Positions 12,847-26,800 of a stretch of DNA of 64,000 nt are shown here, one piece after another. Made by a program: the position numbers and the translations under genes. The notes under the pieces were generated by a model. That model worked only from the letters and a program-made list of their open reading frames with translations, had not been told where the DNA came from and made no database searches. Within the stretch, counting starts at the first letter, position 1, and each line of letters begins with the position of its first letter. Source of the stretch: Octopus sinensis (taxonomy: Eukaryota); the NCBI RefSeq assembly GCF_006345805.1, contig NC_043001.1, forward strand, positions 37,324,001-37,388,000, given 5' to 3'.

Positions 12847-13844
12847 TCTAAAGTTTGGTTTCAGTTTTATCCATGTTGTTAACAGCCACAGCAACAACAA
12901 TAATAGTAATGGTATCTAATTTAGGCACAAAACCAGCAATCTTTGTGGGGAGCAGAGTAGTTGAATACTACACACACACACAGATGGATGGATGGATGTA
13001 CTAGTCAGGTTGTATTGTCAAAAATAACCATTTTTTAAGAAATAAACTAAATCAAGTATTTGATAAATGTATTGATATAACATACATTCCATATATTTGA
13101 TACAGACTTGTCTTATAAAAATAATTAAATATTTATCAACATACACTGAAGGATTGGATGCAATGAGAATATGAACATTTTTACATAAATGGTTTTAATA
13201 TTTCATTGGGGTTAAAACAATAGAAATGCCTGTATTTAATTGCTGAAGATTTCTCCAACTATTATTGCATTAAATCACTGGTGAGTTTGTGCCTTCAAAA
13301 ATGACAGCAAATCATATTTATAAATTATGTCAAGGAATGTAGAAAATGCATGATGAGTTTACTGTCCACAGTTTAGATTTTTTTGTTCATATGTGAATGA
13401 TATTGTTGACAAAATCTCTTGAGAATTCTTCTCAGTAAAAGTAGTTGAACTTGTGGCTGTCTTCAGTAGTTTCACCACTGAACTACACAATAAAAAAGTA
13501 CATAAATAATTTAGTATAATAGAAATGTGTGTGTGTGTGTGCTTGTGAGCTTTCAGAATGATAAGATGACCACAGACTATGCAGGCAAGATTATATCCAG
13601 ACTTTCAACACTGCAGTTTTCAGGCATTACATTTCACTATTAATGGGCAATTTGAATTTTCTCAAACTGCATGCTATTATTCCCAGTTTCAGACCATCCT
13701 TTTTTTTTCTGTTCAATGCAAGATATTCCCAACAAACAGTGCCAATGTTCAAGGACTTGTGGATGTTTGTGGGGATGCCAAGAAATCTCTTTGGTTTATG
13801 CTGGGACTGCTTAGCAAGAACTAATTCTCCATAAACTGATCACT

Positions 13845-15700
13845 TCAGAAGCCTGAAATCATCAAAACATAATAAAACCAATGAGCTTCCATACTGAGGC
13901 AGTCTGCATTTCCCAGTACATCTGTGATAAGTGTAAAAAATTTCCAACTGATGATTTTAATATATACCTCAGATCTTCTCAGATATGTCTCAGATAAGTA
14001 CAGCAGGGATGTGATGATACAAACATAATATATGCAAAGCTCAATAGACAATTTCATGTCCCTCTTAACTAGATTCATTTCTCCAGTGTCCCAAGTATAA
14101 CTGAAGCCTTTATAGTGGATTCTTTTACAGATTTGTACAGACACTAAAGAAACGGCTCATTATATTCTGAATATCTTGCTCAGAGTGAAACACAAGAACA
14201 CAGTCATCAGCATATAATAAATTGTAAAAAAAATAATTATAATGATCTTTGAATTAGCTTTGAAATGATTCAGATTAAAATATTTATCTGTTGTGTGATA
14301 GCAGACAAAGATACCTAAAAACAGTCCTTAAATGCATGAGCCATCACCACTGCAAAGCACAGGGATAACAAAGTTGGCACAGGTATATCTTCTATTTAAC
14401 ACCACTGTTCTGACAGAGCACTATATGAGTTGATGTAGCCCTCCATAGCAGTGTCCAGTTGGTCAAACAACTTAAAGAAGAACCACCAACTTGCCTGAGA
14501 TTCTCCACAGTGCATTTCTATTCACCCTGTCTAAGAGTAAGGAAAACTTGATAAAGAGAAAGCTTCCACTCTCTGAATTTCTGCAACTCCTGAAGATATC
14601 TGAGGTACTCCTGAAACAAGAACGAAGCATATATATGTCTCCAGTATATTCAATAAAAGTCTGGTGGATAAATTGCCAAGTTAAAATTAGGAAAATACCA
14701 TGAAAGTTAACATAGTTGGACTTGATGCCTCTGATCTTGTACAGTCAACAATTTGTGAGGTCACAAGGTTAGTCACTACATCCTCATCATGTTTAAACAG
14801 GAGGATGTAGTGGTTGATGTGATCTTAGCTAGTAAACTACCAGTTCCTGAAACTTCTCTTTAGTTGATCTGTTTCATGGCAATTCTAACTTGTGATAGGA
14901 TTATTATCCATTCCTTAAATAACATGGTGCTGCAGTAGGTCTTCTATGACTCTCTTATCTACTAAGGATGGATCGTAGAAAAGATCTGTGAAATGCTGAA
15001 GCTATCTCTTCAGATTATTTTGAGTTTCACAAACTGAAGTAAATCCATCTTTGGAATTGAGAGAAGCAGTTGTTGATTAGTTGATTGATGGGGGCAAAAT
15101 ATTTGTTTTAACAAAGTGTACATTGCTTAGGAGTCTTTCCAGTCAAAGGTCAGTTGAATATCCACGGATATGTTGATTAATGATGCTTCAATAATATCTA
15201 AACCATCAAGCAATGAATTTGCTAGAACTTCATGAACTGGTTCTCACAGTTTGTCAACATTCAGTTATTTTGGAACTTTTTCCTTACAACCAGCTTCAGG
15301 TTTATTCATACAAGGTAGTGGTCTTTCCAACATGTAATTCCACACAAAACTTTATAACAACATGGATCATGAATGTCACATTTATGTAATAAAACAAAAT
15401 CAAAAAGATGGCCTTGGTTTGACTGAAGGTGAGTCTTGGAAGCTTTATGCTTGAGTTTCGGACAAAACATTATGTTACTTAACACAAGGCTGAACTCAGA
15501 ACATAGTTGCAGCATATGTAGAAAACTTTTCATTTTGCCTAGGCCAAAGCATCCCAAACTAGACCATGTATTGCAGTTGTTACCTATCCTGGTATTAAAG
15601 TTACTTGATTGAATGATTTTGTTGCCAGTTCGTGTGGAAAGAAAAGCATTTCTAAGATTAACATAGAAAAGATATAGAATTTCTCCCACTGAATGAAGAC
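13845..15700 (-). mobile_element. Old, heavily decayed LINE RT fragments (RTE- and CR1/L2-like)
   Basis: Residual CIITSLLYLSETY (cf. LLYGSETW) and KDGFTS / AIF.DF-like traces. Confidence 0.45.
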
Positions 15701-18274
15701 ACAGCGCATACACAAAGAAGAAATTAACATGGTGCCCACAAGGCAGGGCAAGCAGAGTTTAATCTGGTCACTCACACTGAAAAAAAAAATCATAATTTTT
15801 TTTATACTTACGACCATCAGAAATGTTAAAGATATCAGCCTCTAACCATGTTGTCATGCTTTGATTAAAAGGTTACAGCATAGATTAGATTACTTAGATA
15901 AGTTTCGGCTGAAGTTTCTCAGGCCATGTCTAATTTAATAGCACTACCTAAGTTCTTAAAGAAATGCACACACACACACAAATACATTGTTACCAAAGTT
16001 TCAATGAAGAATAAATACTAAAATTCAAGACTTTGAAATTTACTGAAGCATGCTATGCATCACAGCTGTTGTTGGACTAAAGAGAGCACCTCACATAGTA
16101 AACTGAACTTGATGGAAACAGCAGTAAAAGTACCTTCAAAATCGTTTTGTACTATCTTAAAATAGGGATACTTTTGATAATGTGATCTTCGGTTCAATGC
16201 ACATATGGAAAATAGGATAGTCATCGCTAGAATGCCTTAGCACAATCAGGGTTGACTTGAGGCCAAAAAACACTTGTAATTTTCCATATAACATTATACA
16301 CAATTCATCTTTGGTTGGCTATTAACATACAAATAACTGTAAAAAGAATTCTCAAGCAATTCATAGCACTTTTATAAGTGTACAAGTCAAGTTATCCAGT
16401 CCCAAGTACTGAACTCTATTGAAAGACTTACAGAGAATCTATGTGAAACTTCTTAATATTAACGATTTAGATTAGTACAAAATTAGTTGCTCTTCATAAC
16501 ATCATTAACTGATCTTCACATTCCAATGACTATCTTGGCAAAGATACAAAATTTGCATAGTCTTCTTAATAATATCAAAGACATACAAATGCTTTGCATG
16601 TTGATAACAAAACCCATCTATTTTTTAAAAAGCAATCCTGTATCTTCTGATTTTGGCCTGACCTTGTACAACAAAAATTTGAGATAATATACAATGTTAA
16701 TTTGTCAGATGAGCTTGTCTAGGTACAAACTTAGGCCATTGCATAATGATGGTTTGGATTGTTGCAGATGTGAAAACTTTTCAATACCTTGTTATTCAGC
16801 ATCCTCTTTAGACAATTCCTTTGCTAACAGGAGTTCCTAATTTCTTAAGAAAACTAAAGGAGCTTTAACAGAATGGAGAAATCTGAACAAAGAGGAACCT
16901 TCAAATAAGGCAGGGTAACAAGAGTAGGATGCTGTTTTGATAAGATCTGAAGTTGATGTTAAATTATAGTCAAAAGACTTGATATCTAACTAAATGTAAA
17001 TCAATTGTAATTAAACAGCTGACTGTAGATCATACCCCCTACTGATGTTGGCAATTTACTAAGTGGTAATGGATTTCGAATAAGAATGATGTTAAGAGTG
17101 GACACTGATGTTTTTTTTCCTTTTTTACTGAAAAGACTTCTCCCATCGTTTTTAAGTGAATAGTACAAATAAAAAATTGGACCAGAATCGGTGCAGAGGC
17201 GAGGAAGCAAAAAAAGTAATAAATTTTCAATTTTTTTTTTTTTTTCATAAAACCTTCTAAAATAATTTTCAAAAACAGTGAAAAGGAAACTGGAAAAATC
17301 CGAGTCAAAAGGAATAAAATCCAACCTGTGGCCGAAACTCCGCTCATTATTCGTCGACCTTTTCTAAAAGACGGTAAGGAACGACATTCTCCAACATGTC
17401 CTTTTTCTTTATTTAACTTGGTACGGTTGCGCTGATATCGATTTTCCTAAAAGTTATGAGGGGAAAAATCGGATCGTGTGAATTTTCCAAAAGTCCTCTT
17501 CCCACCCCTCGGAAAAAATTTCCCCACAAATTTCTTTATAATCGTAATCTATGCCCTGAGATTTTTTTTTTTTGGACCCATTAAAGATATTCTTTTCTAC
17601 ATTTCAAACAAGTAAAATTATTGTATTACAGACACTTCTTTCAGAGGTCTATTTTTTGCAATAGCAATCTCCGAGAAAACGTACTTCCCGCCACTGAAAA
17701 GCGTTTTTTTTTTTTTTTTTTGTTTGTTTTTTGTTTCTTCATTTCAAAACATTTCTTTCTTTTGTGGGAGGGAGAATTTTGTGAAATGTTGATATCCTGA
17801 ACTGAATCGATAGCTCTTAGTGAAGGATGACTAGCCCACAATTTTGGTGTGAGGGAATGAAATCGAGTTACGTCCTGATAAATTCTTGTTTTGCTTTTAA
17901 TTCGTTTAATTTCTATGCAACATGTACAGAAAAAAGTTTTTGCAGAATGGCAAGTGTGATAAAAATATGTAATTAGGGGACAAAAATAAATAAACACTCG
18001 GTAACAATAGTTTCTTTACTTTCATTAATAAGTGATCTCCCAAAAATCTATTTCTTTAATGTTTAAATAGTTTTTGGCACACATATTTACACAATTTTGA
18101 TTTTGAAGTATTTAAAAGAATGGCAAAAGTGGAAAAAAGAAAAGGTCCAGGCAAAAGATGATGAAAAAGAGAAATCATTTTAATCGTGAAAAAGATACGA
18201 TGACGGGGTAAGGTGGGTAAGATCTTTTTAAATGCGAATCACAAATGTTTCATAATACGGGATACAGTGAAAAT

Positions 18275-18660
18275 GTGGAAGCGCTCCGTCGGTTACGATG
18301 ATGAGGGTTCCGGTTGATCCGAATCAACGGAACAGCCTGCTCGTGAAATTAACGTGTAAGTGGCTGAGTACTCCACAGACACGTGTACCCTTAACGTAGT
18401 TCTCGGGGATATTCAGCGTGACACAGAGAGTGACAAGGCCGGCCCTTTGAAATACAGGTACAACAGAAACAGGAAGTAAGAGTGAGAGAAAGTTGTGGTG
18501 AAAGAGTACAGCAGGGATCACCACCATCCCCTGCCGGAGCATCGTGGAGCTTTAGGTGCTTTCGCTCAATAAACACTCACAACGCCCGGTCTGGGAATCG
18601 AAACCGCGATCCTATGACCGCGAGTCCGCTGCCCTAACCACTGGGCCATTGCACCTCCAC
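18275..18660 (-). mobile_element. tRNA-derived SINE with a 12-bp TSD
   Basis: TSD tacagtgaaaat at 18263-18274 and 18661-18672. A box tggcccagtgg, B box ggtttcgattcc. 3' half shared with the SINE at ~46300-46615 (+). Confidence 0.9.
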
Positions 18661-19776
18661 TACAGTGAAAATAACGAAATAGAAAATCATTTTAGTGGTT
18701 GCTGATGTCATCAAGTGTGATGAGGCGGGAGGAGGGGTTTTTTTTTTTTTTAATAAACGACTTCCTCCGATTGTTTAGAAATGTAGGATACAAGAAAATA
18801 ATTTGGAAAGATGCCGACAAAAAAAAAAAAAAATGAAGAAATTCCAAACCTTGTGGGACAGCAATTCCTAAAGTCCGCTGAAAAATGTGACACAAATATA
18901 ACTTGGCTCGCATTTTCGAAATTTCATTATGTTATTGCAGTTTTGTGAGATTTGGCTGTTATTTCTAGTATGTGGATAGCCGGCTTGAAGGCTTGGGGGT
19001 ATATATATAGGCAATGTTATATATATTTTTTTTCTTGTTGAAAAATTTAAATTTTACAAGCAAATTTTTTTCAGAATCGTAATCTTCGTATTTGTCTACG
19101 TATTTCGCAAAAAAAAAAAAAAATCCGGAAAAGGGGGAAAATGAAGGGATCGGGTGGGGTGAATTTTGAAAATGTGATTTCTGAAATTTTTTTAGTTTTC
19201 AGAATCGGATCCTTCATAACTAAAAACGTGGGATTCCATAAAAAAAAATCAATATATATATATATATCCATTTTACCCGAAGTTATGACGGAAAAATCGG
19301 ATCTTGTGAATTTTCCGAAAGAACCCCCCTCCCCCGGTCATCAGTGCGCATTTTTTTTTCATATTCGTTTTTCCCACTTGTTAACACCCCGCCAGGCCTG
19401 GTTAATTATTATTATTATTTTTTGTGTGTGCCCGGGTGAGGATCTTTTATTTGCCCGAACTCTCCCTCCCATCTTCCTGTATTACTGTTTGTTTACATAC
19501 TTGTATCTATAGCATTCTTCCCATGTCATTTATACTGACGTTAATTACAAGTAAAAGCAGAAACTAAAAGAAAAAAAAATGACTATACCCAAATATAACA
19601 AAAATAAGAAAATATCCAAGTAAAACAAAAATATTTGCAAAGCAACAAGGGTGAAAAAATCAGGCGAAGGTAAAGAATACGCACACCCAGCGTTTGGGTT
19701 TAAGGTTAGGATTTTCGTTACGCCGAAAACGGGTGGTGTGCGTAGTCTTTAACTCCAAGGAATATCAATTACTAAC

Positions 19777-20175
19777 CTTAATGAACTGTGGATTTTCGAG
19801 TGTCGTTTCACTGGCATTATATAATTGATATTTAGTTGTTTTAGCATTATGTGTAACAGACTCATCTCCACTAGAATGACGCTTCGTAGAATGCGAGTTA
19901 CGATGTGCGTGTGACTTAAATTCTTCGATCATCTGTGCGAATTGGTGTGAATTCATTGTTCCATTAGTTCCAAAAAGATCCATAATCTCATCCAGATATT
20001 CTTTGGTGACGTTGATGAAATTATTGCGATGAGCTTTCGAGGAGAACGAAAGAGTCCCGATTTTAGAAACATCATCGCTGAATCCATCGGCCAATGATAC
20101 AGGAGAGATAATCAACAGAATAATGATGATGTGGTACAAACAGACAGGACGAAAGTCCGCGCAACTAGAAGACAT
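19777..20175 (-). CDS. First coding exon of a LIV-1 subfamily ZIP zinc/metal transporter (SLC39A14/SLC39A8-like): signal peptide plus N-terminal ectodomain
   Basis: ATG at 20175 (the ORF track starts at an upstream TTG). Hydrophobic signal peptide LYHIIIILLIISPVSLA, then YLDEIMDLFGTNGTMNSHQFAQMI resembling the ZIP8/14 ectodomain helix, and a His-rich stretch. Ends AAG|GTTAGT, a phase-0 donor that fits the phase-0 acceptor at 4390. Confidence 0.8.
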
Positions 20176-20806
20176 GATCAATGAAATACAGAACAAGAAA
20201 CGTGAGACATCAAAAGGTGTATGTATATCGGCTCACTACAGATATACACGAGCTCACGACCAGCCATACAGAAGGACCCGGCTCCGAGTAGATAAATAAG
20301 CCACGTGCAATGGACAGAAAGTAAAACGAGGATAGATAGCTTCTCCCATGTTATGATATGTCGCTTCGAGATCTCGCGTGATTTTGCTGCCTACTGTCGT
20401 TGCTAGCTCTGTAAGCTACACATCTATTACCACCAATGTTTGCGTCATTATAATCGCTACGACAATGACTACGTTGATTTTTTTTCTCTTACCACCACAT
20501 CTCTCAGATGGCTACAATTCACGCACTCGTCATTATTAGTCACTACAGGCACCATATCTCCCACAGTAACACAAACCAACGGCAGAGTTGCGGTTTAAGC
20601 ACTCCGTATAATCCCTCATACATTTATATTTAGGGGAATTTTCGGAAATTTTTTTTGAATTTATTCTACCTACGGGAATTCATACGGTTATACAAAAAAA
20701 AAATTTCATCTTCAAATCTTTTAATTCCCCCAACCCCATAAATCCTAAAATTTCCACCCTTTCTCGAATTTTTTTTTGTCAAATTTTTAAAATATGTACG
20801 GTTCGA

Positions 20807-21129
20807 AGATCTTTTCCTTTTGTACGGCACATGTCCACACAATTTCTAGTTAACTAAACACTTTAAAACTTCGTATACTGGTAGAATGTCTCAAAATAAA
20901 ACACTTTTTTCTCTTGGCTTTCTTGATAAAATTGTAATTCGTTTGTTTAACGTAGTTTAATTTTTCGAATTTTAACCAATGAATCGCCTCCAAACGAATT
21001 ACAATTTTATCAAGACAGCTAAGAGAAAAAAATGTTTTATTCTGACACATTCTACCAGTATACGAAATTTTAAAGTGTTTAGTTAACTAGAAATTGTGTT
21101 GACATGTGCCGTTCAAAAGGAAAAGATCC
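20807..21129. mobile_element. Fold-back MITE (~145-bp TIRs), same termini as 56897-57312, upstream of the ZIP gene
   Basis: AGATCTTTT...AAAAGATCC ends; TSD cggttcga / cagttcga. Confidence 0.88.
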
Positions 21130-21699
21130 CAGTTCGAATCTGCCATTTGGTTCCGTTTATTATTTCAAAAATAATTTTCAGACGAACAGGTGTGATTTAA
21201 GAGAGATTTCGATGGCGTTTTTAGCACATCCCACGACCACCTAATACTTCCTCGTTTCTTCATCACTCTGACATGCATTGATATTTTTCAATATTTTTCT
21301 CTCGGTAAACACATTTAATGGAATGGTGATGTGCCCAAGGGGTGTCTGTTGCTGGGATTTAAGCAAAAAAAAAATGTTTGTAATTTAAATTCAGAAATTA
21401 TAAAGAAGAACAACCTCTCCTCCCCCGAAATTACAATCAGAAACAAATGACAGAATCAGACTATCCGTATATATATATATATATATATATGCTCAGGAGC
21501 AATAAACACTGAAAATGTGCAGAGAACAACTTCCGCCACATTCCAGGGAGAAAAACTAGTAGTTGATAGTGTAGCGTGACAGTTTCAGCAATTGTGAAAA
21601 ATGGCTATAGCGATTGCTAATATCTTCACTGTGTGAAAGGCAAGGCAGGAATGATCTCGTTTGAGGTTACAACCATCTTTGGTCAACTTGTTCTTGTTC

Positions 21700-21920
21700 T
21701 AAACACTAACTTGATTGGCTGACATGTGACACGAGGGTCCCTACGAAGTCCGCGCCACTGATTGACACGTGACGCGAATTGTCTCGACTTAATCGCGCCA
21801 TAATTGCGAATCAGCCAATCAAGACTTTCGGTTAAAATTCCATTTTCTGGGGTTCGGTGAGCCAACCAAACAGTATATAAAGCAGGATTTCACAGACACT
21901 TTGGTCTTGGTTTCCAGTTC
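21700..21920 (+). promoter_or_regulatory. Pol II promoter-like cassette (CCAAT x2, E-box, TATA), possibly a solo LTR
   Basis: ATTGG 21714-21718, CACGTG 21766-21771, CCAAT 21815-21819, TATATAAAG 21874-21882, in a CpG-rich patch. Confidence 0.5.
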
Positions 21921-22341
21921 TTCTAAGAACTAACTTAGACCCTGCTGCTCAACTCAGAGATATGTGATTGTCTCTGCTACTACCTGTTGCTACGCTAATC
22001 TATACAACTACTGAAAGCCTCTCCAGTAGATTCCAGCATCTTGCCCTATGAACGGTAAACTAAATGCCATTGTTAATTCTATGTTCAGTACCTTTGGGTA
22101 TGCTTCACGCCACCCGAACACACAGACACAAAACGTGCTGGCACTTACAAACTCTTAAAATCCACATGATTATAAAATATGTAAAATAAATAATATTTAT
22201 CTACCAACAGAAGACTTGTGTCAATTCACTTATGTCCTATCGTCGTTATATGTATTTTATGGCTTTTGAATAATTCGTTAAGAGTAGAACCGTGTGCAAT
22301 CGTATTTCCTACACGATACGACCAAGCGTGATCCTATTTCT

Positions 22342-23192
22342 TACAATAGCTTCCGTTACCTAGGTGACCAAGTGTAGCTGCTAGAATAAGAATAGCCTGG
22401 GCAAAGTTCAGAGAGTTCTTACCTCTGCTGGTGACAAAGGGCCTCTGTATGACGCATGTGTAGGAACAGCCATGCTACATAGCAGTGAAACATGACTGCT
22501 GAGGACATGCATAAGCATGCAAGGAATGAAGCCAGTATGATCCGATGGATATGTAATGTCAGTGTGCATACTCGACAGAGTGTAACTACCTTGAGAGAAA
22601 AGTTGGACCTAAGAAGCATCAGATGTAGTGTGCAAGAGAGACATCTGCACTGGTATGGTCATGCGGCGAGAATGGATGAGGATAGCTGTGTGAAAAAGTG
22701 CCACACCCTAACAGCTGAGGGAACCTGTGGAAGAGGTAGACCCAGGAAGGCCTGGGATGAAGTGGTGAAGCACAACCTTCAAACATTAGGCCTCACCAAG
22801 GCAATGACTACTGACCAAGACTTTTGGAAATATGCTGTGCTTGAGAATACCCAGCAAGCCAAATGAGACCATAACCTTGTGGCCTATGCCAGGGGTGTAA
22901 CCAGCCCACTTTCTGTACCTTTCCTTCATTGGACACTAAACTCTGCTTGCAAAGACCTGTTGAGGCAAGTGAAATTGAAATCAAATTCAATGACTGGCAT
23001 CCATTGAGCGCTAAGAACACCATCCGAGCGTGATCATTGCCAGAGCGGCTAACTGGCTTCCATGCTGGTGGCATGTAAAAAGCACCATTCAAGCATGATC
23101 GTTACCAGGTGCAGCCATCTAGTTTGCCATTCCTCAGTCAAATCATCTAATCCAAGCTAGCATGGAAAGCAGACATTAGATGATGATGATGA
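22342..23192 (+). mobile_element. 5'-truncated RTE (C-terminal ORF2 plus 3'UTR)
   Basis: ORF 22492-22866 (RNEASMIRWICNV...GRGRPRKAW) and (GAT)n tail. Confidence 0.9.
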
Positions 23193-23379
23193 TACATAAT
23201 ATATATATATTCTAGCATTAAAGACCCGTCGTTGCCGGGTCATAGTGCTAGTGCATGTATATATGTGTACATATTACATGTACATCTATATATATACATC
23301 TACACATAAAATACAAAATACAAAGTTATATCTTGATATCGCTAGTGATAACAATACTCAAAATATATAACAGACTGGA

Positions 23380-23652
23380 ATTGTTAGCCTGTCTCTTGTA
23401 ATTTCGATCAATTGTATCTTGTCCTCCCTCTTGTATAGAAGTGTGGCATTTTAAATTTTTTTCCGAGATGTCCTACATCCCAGATATAAAGGTAAAAATA
23501 AAATATTTCCACTTTGCAAGTTCAAGTCGAGTACTCCCTTGCACGCTCTGTTGACTCAAACCTTGCTTCTATTGTGGCGAATTTACCGCCTCTGATTAGA
23601 TACCTTTCATAGTCGCACTAAAGCACTTTTCGATGGTGCTTTCCTCCATGTT
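23380..23652 (-). mobile_element. Decayed ORF1 fragment of an older, related L1/Tx1 element (target of the insertion; its other half is at 28884-28940)
   Basis: MEESTIEKCFSATMK/YLIRGGKFATIEARFESTERAREYS aligns with the young ORF1 KIEFCLKPFMDKITYINRGKRYGTVEVRFTTEEIAKKLS. Confidence 0.7.
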
Positions 23653-23897
23653 GTTTTATTATTACCCACAAGGGGCGAACAAAGATGGGACAATACAATC
23701 TGATGAGGGGTCAGACACACGAATGGGTTTTTACAATAAATCGAATTTAAAAATTTTTCATGAATTACAATAAATGGACAGAAATCGAATGATGGGACAG
23801 ACCGGAAGACGTTACGGGTGGAGTGGGTGCGGGTTTAGCTCGGACCCCACGAGCCCCGCCTCCCCACTGATACTTTTGGTTGCGCTTGGTATTACAT

Positions 23898-26800
23898 TTA
23901 TGTTGTATCTTTCACTCGCAACTTTCGTGCTACATCCTTCCATCGTTCTTCATACACTCTCCTAGTCAGGCATATTCTTTCCAGCCCTATCTTCCTTTTC
24001 AGGTGAAAGATGAAATAGTTCATCAAACCAGGGCCGGAGATGAACTTGCCTGACTGTAAACCTTTCATTCTCGTCTTCCATATCACCTCTTTCGCAATTG
24101 CTACTACAACGAGAAAACGAAACTTACCTTCATTCACGAGGAAATCCGGTGGGTCAATTTTTGTAATCGACTCAGTCGACAGCTGTACTCTTCGTGTACC
24201 TGACAACAGGTGTTCGGCATAAACCCACACCTCAGACACGTCCGGACAATGAACAATCGCGTGCGGGATGGTTTCCCTATCCCGCCCGCATCTTGGACAT
24301 ATCGGACTGTCTTGGCCACCGTGCCTTGCGAGTTTATCCCGAACAGGTAGAGCTCCTCTGTAGCATTGCCATGCCAGAGACTTCTGGAAGTTGTCCAGTG
24401 TCCTCGGCTCGAACGTACGTTGGAACAGACTGGCCAGCTGATTATCGTCGAGACCTAGGGTTTCCCCCAAGGTATCTTCACATTCCGCCTCTACCAACCC
24501 TCTATAGAAGAATGTGGTGGAACCCCCACCGCAGGCGTTACCGAGCGACGGAATAGCAGGAGAGCCTTGCGACACTCCGTGTACCAAGTACCAAGTTTCG
24601 ATCTACGATTCAGCCAGGTTTCCCATCCACCGAAACTAGTGAACTTGGGAAACATCAGTTTTGCTAGCGAAGACCACACCCGTTCACCATCCAGGTAGAG
24701 CCACAGATGTCTTAACCTCAGCGCATGTCTGCGCATCATCAGCCAAGGCATCCCTAGCCCACCCTTTAACGGTTGTTGACAGCAAGTAGAGCGTTTCACA
24801 AGTGGTTTCCCGCCCTTCCACAAGAAGTAGAAGAGCTGTCTTTCCAACTTGATCAACCACGAATCAGGGCAAGGAACGACGGAAAGGCGGTAGGTGATAA
24901 CCGATGCGATAAACACATTGGCCACCTCCGCCCTCCCTTTCAGGGATAGCCACCGCCAAGACCAGGTCTTGGCTACTGCAGCCACCTTGCTCGTTACCTC
25001 GCCCCAATTCTTCTCTATTTGGAGGTCTGGACCGAACCAGACCCCTAGCAGTTTAATCGGACCCTCCGTCCAACGTCCCACGACGCTGTCAGGAGGCATC
25101 GACTTGCCTCTCCAGGTGCCGAGTTGCAAGCCGACTGACTTTTCGCGATTAACTTTTGCTCCTGTCACCGTCTCGTAAACCTCTATGGCCTTGCCTACTT
25201 TACATAGGTGGTCCATTTCGGTTACGATGATGGTGATGTCATCCGCGTACGCTGATACTGATTTTCCATTACCTGGCTGTCTCGGGATGCCGCTCAGTTT
25301 TCGCAGTAATGGCTCGAGAGCCATCACGTACAAAAGCGGGGAGAGCGGACACCCTTGACGAACGAGCGTTTGATTTTGAACGGCTTCGACAAGAAGCCGT
25401 TCACCCGAACTACCGAGTCGATGTTATCATACATTTGGATAATCCACCTGAGGAAGCCAAGGCTCAGCCCGAACTGTGCCAGGGCAGATACCAGGTAACG
25501 ATGGTCGACCCTATCAAAAGCTTTAGATTGGTCTAATTGGACCAGTGCCCCACCCTTGCCAGAATCACTATTAAACCCCTCTATAGTGTACCGCATTAGA
25601 TGGAGATTATCCTGAATGGATCTGCCCGGAACGGCACATGTCTGTGCCTCTCCGATCAGACCATCCGCGACACGCGCCAATCTTTTCGATAACACTTTGG
25701 CCAAAATCTTCAACTCTGTGTTTAGTAGAGTGATGGGCCTGAAATTATCAATGCACTCCCCCTTGCTCGGGTCCTTTCTGACGAGAGTCACTACTCCCCG
25801 GCGCACAGATGGGTATAAGCCCGTTCTGCTGCCAGTTCGCATAGACCTCCGCCAGTAGGTGCCCGAACAAGTCTGGCATACTCTTATATAACTCATAGGG
25901 TAGACCATCCAAACCCGGCGCCTTGCCCGCGCCGCAGTCCGCCATTGCCTCAACCACCTCCTCAGGCGTGATTGGCCCTTCACAGCCCTCCACATCTCGC
26001 CCCGATAAGCGCGGCAGCCCGTCGAGTAGGTCCGTAAAGGCCCTCCTCCTATCCAGTCCGCCGCACTCACCGAAAAGCTGAGCGAAGTGCTCCTGAAAAG
26101 CCTCACACATCTCCTCGGGTTCGTTTATCAACTCACCTTGTTGGTTCGTCAAAGATCGAATCGTGGCATCGTTACCATGCCGAGCTTCCACCACTCGGGC
26201 CCATCTCACGACGTTGATTCCTTCACATCCCATATGGCGGATTCTAGCCCTGACAATGCAGCCCATGTGTTTGGCCTCGAGGTGCTGGTTTAACACCAGT
26301 CTCTTGGACGCCACCTGAGCCGCAGAGCCAGTTTTCATGGCTTCCTCTAATTCCTTAACTAGAGTAGTTTCCCTTCTAGCCTCTCTAGCCACTACTCCTA
26401 TGCTATATCTAATAGACTCAAACTTGATGGCTCGTTTGAGGGCGTACCACCATTTGTTATTAATGATGGTACCAGATAGTGCCCTCTGAATTATATTCCT
26501 AATCCGGTCTTTGTACTCCTTAATCGCCAAAAGGGACGTATTAAGTTTCCAGTACCCGGATCCTCTATTTTTAACCTTATCTATGTCAAGCTTACAAGTG
26601 ACCATTTTATGATCACTGTAGCTGATCGGGTAAAACTGTGGACACTTAGCTATTTTACTGTCTACTTTTCTAATTAGTATTCTATCTAAATATGACCTGG
26701 AGGATCCGTCGCTGTTTGACCATGTCCACAATGGAGCGTTCGGAAATTCCAGCCTATAAGGATCTGCTAGCTCAAAGCGGCTTAGCAGTTCCATGAAGCC

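Noticed and set aside
18590-18660. tRNA gene (also the heads of the other SINEs)
   Set aside because: A and B boxes are present but continue into a SINE body bounded by TSDs; no complete cloverleaf.
20200-20600. Metal-response elements in the ZIP promoter
   Set aside because: I saw no TGCRCNC match; only an E-box (CACGTG ~20302) and TCTCGCGTGA, which is insufficient to call a regulatory site.
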